In this document: positions 1-6,875 of the stretch, one piece after another
Numbering within the stretch: position 1 is the first letter of the stretch
Layout: each line of letters opens with the position of its first letter
NCBI RefSeq assembly: GCF_006345805.1
Contig: NW_021827619.1
Location: forward strand, 1 to 9,908
DNA length: 9,908 nucleotides
Source: Octopus sinensis
Taxonomy: Eukaryota
Reading direction: 5' to 3'
Position numbers and translations under genes: made by a program
The notes under the pieces: generated by a model
What the model saw: only the letters and a program-made list of their open reading frames with translations
The model's database searches: none
Told to the model about the DNA's origin: nothing

Positions 1-400
1 ATAGATAGACATAACAATAACAATGGTAAGGATAGTAAACATATGGGTTGGTCTAGGAATAAGGTTTTTACTAAAAACAATAATTTGATAGGCAACCCTA
101 ATACTGATAAGGATACACTTTGCTTATTCCCCTATGCAATGCAGATAAAAACAGACATAGTTAGAGCTTTGCATAATGTAATATTTAGGCACTTTGGTAA
201 GGATAGGAATAAATTTAGTCATTTAATTAACAATGGTACTGTTAGAATAGGATATAGCATTACACATAATCTAGCCACCATTATCTCCTCTTTTAATAAC
301 AGGAAACTTGATTACTTCTATAAAGATAGAAAGTTGAAGTTAGATAATAGAAATTTGCCTCTCTTTAATAGTAGGAACAATAAATCTTTTGGAGCTAACG
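1..400 (+). mobile_element. Penelope-like retroelement (PLE) ORF fragment, region between RT and GIY-YIG endonuclease; truncated by simple repeats
   Basis: Frame +1 is open from base 1. LFPYAMQIKTDIVRALHNVIFRHFGKDRNKFSHLINNGTVRIGYSITHNLATIISSFNNRKL resembles the motif I recall from invertebrate PLEs (PPyS..vkTnig..fl.li.kHF......kifN.ntvkiSYSc..N...iIssHN.k.l), with Asn-rich flanks. The CVCV tail of the called ORF is only (GT)n. Confidence 0.6.
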
Positions 401-460
401 GATATAGACATATATGTATATACCCATACATCTGTGTGTTTGTGTGTGTGTGTGTGTGTG

Positions 461-499
<39 letters not shown>

Positions 500-598
500 T
501 GTGTGTATGAATGTATAAATGTATGTACATATATGTCATAAGTCATACAATATGTAATGGATATAGACATATATGTCTATACCCATACATCTGTGTGT
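400..598. repeat. ~40-bp direct repeat (400-438 / 559-597) bracketing a (GT)n microsatellite (~433-505)
   Basis: GGATATAGACATATATGT(A/C)TATACCCATACATCTGTGTGT occurs twice, each copy running into (GT)n. Confidence 0.9.
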
Positions 599-761
599 GT
601 GTGTGCATCATGGATATACACAACACAATTCATCGTTAAAAGCTGCCATTCTATATATGCCACACCTTCCTCATTTATCAAATAGTTACATTAAACACAT
701 CACTCAACTTCATAGCACATATCTTTATTATTCATTACACACGGATACTATTATCAGCTGT

Positions 762-800
762 TATCACCACAATCATCATCATCATAACCATCATAACCAT
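762..800. repeat. Imperfect (CAT)n microsatellite
   Basis: ATCACCACAATCATCATCATCATAACCATCATAACCAT; explains the poly-His of ORF 573..839. Confidence 0.8.
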
Positions 801-971
801 AGCCGCGACATTGATGATGACCAGGAAAATACAAAATAAACTTGGATGTCCCGAGTAAAGCGAACACATCCACCCGTCTATCCGTCCATCAATCCACCCT
901 CCCATTCATATCCTCTGCTCACCGTTCTTGAGATGATTGTGGGTGTAAAGTCTTCAGGCATTTCTTCTATA

Positions 972-1385
972 CTCTTTTACTCTTTTACTTGTTTCAGTCA
1001 TTTGACTGCGGCCATGCTGGAGCACCGCCTTTTAATCGAGCAACTCGACCCCGGAACTTATTCTTTTGTAAGCCCAGTACTTATTCTATCGGTCTCTTTT
1101 GCCAAACCGCTAAGTAACGGGGACATAAACACACCAGCATCGGTTGTCAAGCGATGCTAGGGGGACAAACACAGACACACAAACACACACACGCATATAT
1201 ATATATATATATATACATATACGACGGGATTCTTTCAGTTTCCGTCTACCAAATCCACTCACAAGGCTTTGGTCGGCCCGAGGCTATAGTAGAAGACACT
1301 TGCCCAAGGTGCCACACAGTGGGACTGAACCCAGAACCATGTGGTTGGTAAACAAGCTACTTACTACACAGCCACTCCTGCGCCT
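972..1385 (-). mobile_element. SINE-A, full length (tRNA-derived head, CORE-like centre, internal (TA)n/(TG)n, (AAAAGAGT)n tail)
   Basis: Minus strand starts AGGCGCAGGAGTGGCTGTGTAGTAAG (A-box-like), then GGTTCAGTCCC (B-box-like) and CCTTGGGCAAGT (CORE-like start). Collinear with copies at 4782 and 6113. Possible short TSD CTATA at 967-971 / 1386-1390. Confidence 0.9.
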
Positions 1386-1390
1386 CTATA

Positions 1391-1635
1391 GTGAAGGCGC
1401 GTAGCTTAGTGGTTAGGGGCGTTGGACTCATCATCGTAAGATTGGGGTTTCGATTCCTGGACCAGGCGTCGCGTTGTGTTCTTGAACAAAATACTTCATT
1501 TCACGTTGCTTGCTCCAGTTCACTCAGCTGGCAAAAGAATGGGGGGGGGGATATATACGTGGGGAATATATACGTCATTGAAACTGGAAAACCGGCCCTT
1601 ATGAGTCGATATGACTCGGGAAGGTAACTTTACTT
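1391..1635 (+). mobile_element. SINE-C copy 1 (tRNA-derived, CORE-like), internally rearranged
   Basis: TAGCTTAGTGGTTAGG A-box, GGTTTCGATTCC B-box, then TTGTGTTCTTGAACAAAATACTTCATTTCAC; homologous to 1636-1838. Confidence 0.8.
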
Positions 1636-1838
1636 GTGGAGGTGCGTGCCTTAGTGGTTAAGGTGTTGAACTCATAATCGTAGAACTGTGGTTTCGATTT
1701 CTGGACCGGGCGACGTATTGTGTTCTTGAGCAAAACACTTCATTTCACATTGCTCCAGTCTACTCAACTGACAAAATGAGTAATCTTTCGATGGACTGGC
1801 GTCCCATCCAGGTGGGGAATAAATACGCCATGGAAACC
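1636..1838 (+). mobile_element. SINE-C copy 2, head-to-tail with copy 1, 3' truncated
   Basis: GTGGAGGTGCGTGCCTTAGTGGTTAAGG...GGTTTCGATTTC...TTGTGTTCTTGAGCAAAACACTTCATTTCAC...GATGGACTGGCGTCCCATCCAGG; aligns by eye with copy 1. Confidence 0.8.
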
Positions 1839-1980
1839 TTTAACTTTTTCCACAATGAAACCATAAATATCGAAATAAATTCGAAGTTCCAATTAAAACC
1901 ATAATGAACGGCTTTCAAAGCTTCAGGTGATACACTGTGGACAGTTAGCACCATCAGGGCGGACCTGGGGCTGACCTGGG

Positions 1981-3701
1981 GCCTTTCATCCTTTCGAGGT
2001 CGATAAATTAAGTACCAGTTACGCACTGCGGTCGATATAATCGACTTAATCCGTTTGTCTGTCCTTGTTTGTCCTCTCTGTGTTTAGCCTCTTGTGGGTA
2101 GTAAAGAAATAAGTATTTCGTGTGTCTTTACGTTCTGAGTTCAAATTCCGCCGAGGTCGACTTTGCCTTTCATCCTTTCGGGGTCGATTTAATAAATACC
2201 AGTTACGCACTGGGGTCGGTATAATCGACTTAATCCGTTTGTCTGTCCTTGTCTGTCCTCTCTGTGTTTAGCCCCTTGTGGGTAGTAAAGAAATAAGTAT
2301 TTCGTGTGTCTTTATACGTTCTGGTTCAATTCCCGCCGAGGCCGACTTTGCCTTTCATCCTTTCGGGGTCGATTTAATATATACCAGTTACGCACTGGGG
2401 CGATATAATCGACTTAATCCGTTTGTTCTGTCCTTGTTTGTCCTCTCTGTGTTTAGCCTCTTGTGGTAGTAAAGAAATAATATTTCGTGTGTCTTTACGT
2501 TCTGAGTTCAAATTCCGCCGGGTCGACTTTGCCTTTCATCCTTTCGGGGTCGATTTAATAAATACCAGTTACGCACTGGGGTCGGTATAATCGACTTAAT
2601 CCTTTGTCTGTCCTTGTCTGTCCTCTCTGTGTTTGCCCCTTGTGGGTAGTAAAGAAATAAGTATTCGTGTGTCTTTATGTTCTGAGTTCAAATTCCGCCG
2701 AGGTCGACTTGCCTTTCATCCTTTCGGGGTCGATTTAATAAATCCCATTACGCACTGGGTCATATATAATCGACTTAATCCGTTTGTCTGTCCTTGTTTG
2801 TCCTCTCTGTGTTTAGCCTCTTGTGGGTAGTAAAGAAATAAGTATTTCGTGTGTCTTTACGTTCTGAGTTCAAATTCCGCCGAGGTCGACTTTGCCTTTC
2901 ATCCTTTCGGGGTCGATTTAATAAATACCAGTTACGCACTGGGGTCGATATAATCGACTTAATCCGTTTGTCTGTCCTTGTTTGTCCTCTCTGTGTTTAG
3001 CCTCTTGTGGGTAGTAAAGAAATAAGTATTTCGTGTGTCTTTACGTTCTGAGTTCAAATTCCGCCGGGGTCGACTTTGCCTTTCATCCTTTCGGGGTCGA
3101 TTTAATAAATACCAGTTACTCACTGGGGTCGGTATAATCGACTTAATTCGTTTGTCTGTCCTTGTCTGTCCTCTCTGTGTTTAGCCCCTTGTGGGTAGTA
3201 AAGAAATAAGTATTTCGTGTCTCTTTACGTTCTGAGTTCAAATTCCGCCGAGGTCGACTTTGCCTTTCATCCTTTCGGGGTCGATTTAATAAATACCAGT
3301 TACGCACTGGGGTCGATATAATCGACTTAATCCGTTTGTCTGTCCTTGTTTGTCCTCTCTGTGTTTAGCCTCTTGTGGGTAGTAAAGAAATAAGTATTTT
3401 TCGTGTGTCTTTACGTTCTTGAGTTCAAATTCCGCCGGGGTCGACTTTGCCTTTCATCATCCTTTCGGGGTCGATTTAATAAATCAGTGCGCACTGGGAT
3501 CGATATAATCGACTTAATCCGTTTGTCTGTCCTTGTTTGTCCTCTCTGTGTTTAGCCTTTTGTGGGTAGTAAAGAAATAAGTATTTCGTGTGTCTTTACG
3601 TTCTGAGTTCAAATTCCGCCGAGGTCGACTTTGCCTAATCCGTTTGTCTGTCCTTGTTTGTCCTCTCTGTGTTTAGCCCCTTCTGGGTAGTAAAGAAATA
3701 A
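1981..3701 (+). repeat. Tandem array 1 of 5'-headless SINE-B units, ~184-bp period, 10 units (first 5' truncated, last internally deleted)
   Basis: GCCTTTCATC recurs at 1981, 2165, 2350, 2531, 2711, 2894, 3078, 3262 and 3449, and as GCCT at 3633. The unit equals the SINE-B monomer (4210-4441) from GTATTTCG to AAGAAATA. Confidence 0.95.
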
Positions 3702-3874
3702 AAATAGTAATCAAAGGGGTCCTCAAATAAAAGAAAATGATTCAGAACCCCTGGTTTATTATCCAACATTGATCAACACAGCTGAGGATAGACACGAAAA
3801 CCGAACTGAAATGCCATTATCTAATTGCTTTTTACAAGCTAACTCTTTGGAAGTTATTACGCTAACATTTCTTG

Positions 3875-3974
3875 TACTCTTTACTCTTTTACTCTTTTAC
3901 TTGTTTCAGTTATTTGACAGTGACCATGCTGGAGCACCGCCTTTAGTCGAGCAAATCGACCCTAGGACTTATTC
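3875..3974 (-). mobile_element. SINE-A 3' fragment (5' truncated)
   Basis: (TACTCTTT)n-ACTTGTTTCAGT...CCATGCTGGAGCACCGCCTTTAGTCGAGCAAATCGACCC..GGACTTATTC, matching 6113-6211. Confidence 0.85.
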
Positions 3975-4076
3975 GTATAAACAAAAAAATATATTTGAAT
4001 GTAATTATGAATTGAAACACACGGAAGCTCAAACACACGGAGATGAGCGAATGGACGGATGAACGAACATGCGTGT

Positions 4077-4108
<32 letters not shown>

Positions 4109-4120
4109 ACACACACGCAC
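4077..4120. repeat. (CA)n microsatellite
   Basis: Direct reading. Confidence 0.95.
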
Positions 4121-4209
4121 GAGATTTGTGTTCATAACCGTAGCAGCGCCGCCGTTACTGATAACAACGCGATGCAGAAACCGTAGCGATATCAAATATA
4201 ATTCTTTCT

Positions 4210-4441
4210 AAGGCGGCGAGCTGGCAGAAACGTTAGCACGCCGGGCGAAATGCGTAGCCGTATTTCGTCTGCCGTTACGTTCCGAGTTCAAATTCCGCCG
4301 AGGTCGACTTTGCCTTTCATCCTTCCGGGGTCGATAAATTAAGTACCAGTTACACACTGGGGTCGATGTAATCGACTTAATCCCTTTGTCTGTCCTTGTT
4401 TGTCTCCTCTGTGTTTAGCCCCTTGTTGGTAGTAAAGAAAT
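4210..4441 (+). mobile_element. SINE-B full-length monomer (tail type 1) with perfect 16-bp TSD
   Basis: Head AAGGCGGCGAGCTGGCAGAAACGTTAGC (A-box-like), GAGTTCAAATTCC (B-box), central GCCTTTCATCCTTCCGGGGTCGATAAATTAAGTACCAG (resembles Nin-type conserved SINE domains; assignment tentative), tail ...GTAGTAAAGAAAT. AAATATAATTCTTTCT at 4194-4209 and 4442-4457. Confidence 0.92.
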
Positions 4442-4448
4442 AAATATA

Positions 4449-4587
4449 ATTCTTTCTGTTATAGGTGCAAGACCTAAAATTATGGGGGATTAGGATTACA
4501 TCGACCCCAGTATTTCACTGGTACTTATTTTTATCGACTGCTAATACACGAAAGGCAAAGTCGACCACGGCAGAATTTGAACTCAGA
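4449..4587 (-). mobile_element. Older, diverged SINE-B (alternative tail), 5' truncated at the B-box
   Basis: ATCGACCCCAGT...ACTGGTACTTA...GAAAGGCAAAGTCGACCACGGCAGAATTTGAACTCAGA is the reverse complement of the SINE-B core; tail resembles 6876-6925. Confidence 0.8.
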
Positions 4588-4781
4588 TTAATGTATGTAA
4601 CTATACGTAGAAACTTTTATTGTCCTAAAATAAAAGAAAAACGTGGAAATTTTACCGGTGAGTATGTTACATAATAAGGCACAAAAAGAAAATGACTCTC
4701 CCCAGACACAATAGTATATGCTTCAACACACGAACTCATATATAGAATCTTGCAAACCAAATCCCAAAACGAAATATACAT

Positions 4782-4947
4782 AGGCGCAGGAGTGGCTGTG
4801 TGGTAAGTAGCTTGCTAACTAGCCACATGGTTCCGGGTTCAGTCCCACTGCGTGGCATCTTGGGCAAGTTTCTTCTGCTATAGCCCAGGGCCGACCAATG
4901 CCTTGTGAGTGGATTTGGTAGACGGAAACTGAAAGAAGCCTGTCGTA

Positions 4948-4984
<37 letters not shown>

Positions 4985-5202
4985 GTATGTATGTGTTTGT
5001 GTTTCTGTGTTTGTCCCCCTAGCATTGCTTGATAACCGATGCTGGTGTGTTTACGTCCCCGTCACCTAGCGGTTCGGCAAAGTAGACCGATAGAATAAGG
5101 ACTGGGCTTAAAAAGAATAAGTCCAGGGGTCGATTTGCTCGACTAAAGGCGGTGCTCCAGCATGGCCGCAGTCAAATGACTGAAAGAAATAAAAGAGAAA
5201 GA
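4782..5202 (+). mobile_element. SINE-A, full length
   Basis: AGGCGCAGGAGTGGCTGTGTGGTAAG ... GGTGCTCCAGCATGGCCGCAGTCAAATGACTGAAA..AAAAGAG; internal (TA)n at ~4946-4990. Confidence 0.92.
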
Positions 5203-5425
5203 TTAATAGGGAATTGCAAAAGCAAATTGTAAATAGCTAAGCAAGGGAGACTACTAGTGAGATAATTCTGTAAGAGTTAATTCCCATGACAAATGTCAAA
5301 TACCCACGCGCACATACACCGAGATACACACATACAAGCAAGGTTAGGAATTTGGGGACGTGATTTGTCACTTACATTGATCTCGGTGATCAATTGGTAC
5401 TTGCTTTATCGACCCCCAAAAGGAT

Positions 5426-5701
5426 GGGAAATTACCACCTGTATCATCTCTTGTGAAAGGTAGAAGAGTCCAGTTTGCTGGATATTGTTGTAGAGCTGAA
5501 AACGAGGTAATTTCTACTCTTCTCCTCTGGAAGCCATCTGCTCGCGATACCAGAGGGCGCACACTCTCCTACCCTGATGTAATTTCCAGGGATACAAGCA
5601 TCTAGCAACAGGACCTCCGTAATGCTATGATGGACCGTGAAGTCTGGCGTAACATAGTAAATTCCATTGTCGCGACCACGGTCGAACAATGATGATGATG
5701 A
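5426..5701 (+). mobile_element. RTE-clade LINE, 5'-truncated 3' end (pseudogenised ORF C-terminus) with (TGA)n tail
   Basis: Frame from 5426: GKLPPVSSLVKGRRVQFAGYCCRAENEVISTLLLWKPSARDTRGRTLSYPDVISRDTSI*QQDLRNAMMDREVWRNIVNSIVATTVEQ*. Matches the RTE C-terminal pattern RRlrfAGHcxR...LlW.P...GR...y.D...D......M.DR..WR. Premature TAG at 5603-5605; the terminal TGA at 5690 continues as TGATGATGATGA. Confidence 0.85.
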
Positions 5702-6080
5702 AATTTAAACTTAGATCAAGATTTGAGCTTAGATCGGAATTTGAACTCAGATCGCAAATTGAACTCAGAACGTAAAGACGGTATCGGCGGAATTTGAACT
5801 TAAATCGAACTTAGGTCGGAATTTGAGCTTAGATCGGAATTTGAACTCAGATCGGAATTTGAACTCAGAACGTAAAGACGATATCGGCGGAATTTGAACT
5901 TAAATCGAACTTAGATCGGGATTTGAGCTTAGATCGATATTTGAACTCAGATCGCAAATTGAACTCAGAACGTAAAGACGATATCGGCGGAATTTGAACT
6001 TAAATCGAACTTAGGTCGGAATTTGAGCTTAGATCGGAATTTGAACTTAGATCGGAATTTGAACTCAGAACGTAAAGAAG
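5701..6080. repeat. Hierarchical minisatellite: 18-bp subunit within an exact 100-bp period (~3.8 copies), with 200-bp alternation; derived from the SINE-B B-box
   Basis: ATTTGAGCTT at 5721/5821/5921/6021; CGTAAAGA at 5771/5871/5971/6071; subunit GAATTTGAACTCAGATCG. Confidence 0.95.
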
Positions 6081-6112
6081 GACGAAATTCCGCCAAGCAT
6101 TTTGCCCGGCAT

Positions 6113-6530
6113 ACTCTTTAATCTTTTACTCTTTTACTTGTTTCAGTCATTTGACTGCGGCCATGCTGGAGCACCGCCTTTAGTCGAGAAAATCGACCCC
6201 AGGACTTATTCTTTGTAAGCCCAGTACTTATTCTACCGGTCTCTTTTGCCGAACCGCCAATTAACGGGGACGCAAACATACCAGCATCAGTTGTCAAGCA
6301 ATGTTAGGGGGACAAACACAGACACACAAACATATATACACATACATACATACACATATATACATATATACTACAGGCTTCTTTCAGTTTCCGTCTACCA
6401 AATCCACTCACAAGGCATTGGTCGGCCCGGGGCTATAGCAGAAGACACTTGCCCAAGGTACCACGCAGTGGGACTGAACCCGGAACCATGTGGTTGGTAA
6501 ACAAGCTACTTACCACATAGCCACTCCTGC
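6113..6530 (-). mobile_element. SINE-A, near full length, inserted into the head of SINE-B
   Basis: Collinear with 972-1385; the flanks rejoin to an intact SINE-B head (…GTTAGC|ATGCCGGGC… on minus); no TSD seen. Confidence 0.9.
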
Positions 6531-6571
6531 TAACGTTTCTGCCAGTTCGCCTCCTTAAGCCTAACTTTTAT

Positions 6572-6875
6572 GTTGGTTTCACATTTTGGCACAAGGCCAG
6601 CAATTTCGTGAAAGGGATTTAATCAATTGCATCGTCTCCTGTATTCAGCTGGTGCTTAGAATCGTTAGCACGCCAGTAAAAATGTTCAAATCCCGGCGCA
6701 GTCGACTTTGCCTTTCATGCTTTTGGGTTCGATAAAACAAGTACCAGTTGACTGGCCTTGGAAAGATGAAAAGTAAAGTCGACCTCGACAGATTTTGAAC
6801 TCAGAAAGTAAACACGGAATTAATACAGGGAAGCATTTTGTCCGGCGTGTCAACGATTCTGCCAGCTCGCTGCCT
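6572..6875 (-). mobile_element. Diverged full-length SINE-B (alternative tail) containing an inverted SINE-B fragment
   Basis: Minus head AGGCAGCGAGCTGGCAGAATCGTTGAC at 6875; B-box GAGTTCAAAATC; tail side TTTTGGCACAAGGCCAGCAATTTC on plus. Confidence 0.75.
6658..6755 (+). mobile_element. Internally deleted SINE-B fragment nested in opposite orientation
   Basis: AGAATCGTTAGCACGCC..AAAATG|TTCAAATCCC..GTCGACTTTGCCTTTCAT...TCGATAAAACAAGTACCAGTTG. Confidence 0.75.

Larger units (their letters stand above)
5337..6556 (-). mobile_element. SINE-B host copy split into pieces (5337-5426, ~6055-6112, 6529-6556) by three later events
   Basis: Rejoined minus strand: AAGGAGGCGAACTGGCAGAAACGTTAGC | ATGCCGGGCAAAATGCTTGGCGGAATTTCGTCCTTCTTTACGTTCTGAGTTCAAATTCC ... 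CATCCTTTTGGGGGTCGATAAAGCAAGTACCAA, collinear with the monomer at 4210. Confidence 0.8.

Noticed and set aside
318-839. His/Thr-rich and Cys/Val-rich ORFs (318..539, 340..570, 573..839)
   Set aside because: Translations of (CA)n/(GT)n/(CAT)n microsatellites.
925-960. Minus-strand CTGAAGA as a hammerhead core near the PLE
   Set aside because: No downstream stem II plus GAAA; no hammerhead core is visible in the array units either.
1905-1982. Possible 3' end of another retroposon with duplicated GACCTGGGGC immediately before array 1
   Set aside because: There is only one copy in the window and no matching TSD after the array, so it cannot be supported from this sequence alone.
1981-3701. CRISPR array or repeat-protein gene
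   Set aside because: Units are near-identical along their whole length with no unique spacers, there are no cas genes, frames are broken, and the unit is a SINE body.
3782-3800. Hammerhead-like CTGAGGA…GAAA
   Set aside because: The intervening TAGACAC cannot form stem II (no R10.1-Y11.1 pair), and I found no convincing stems I/III.
5368-5689. Minus-strand ORFs 5368..5562 and 5444..5689
   Set aside because: Shadows of the plus-strand RTE reading frame.
5701-6080. CRISPR-like or iteron array
   Set aside because: Inter-repeat sequences are themselves repeated at 100/200 bp and derive from the adjacent SINE; the context is eukaryotic.
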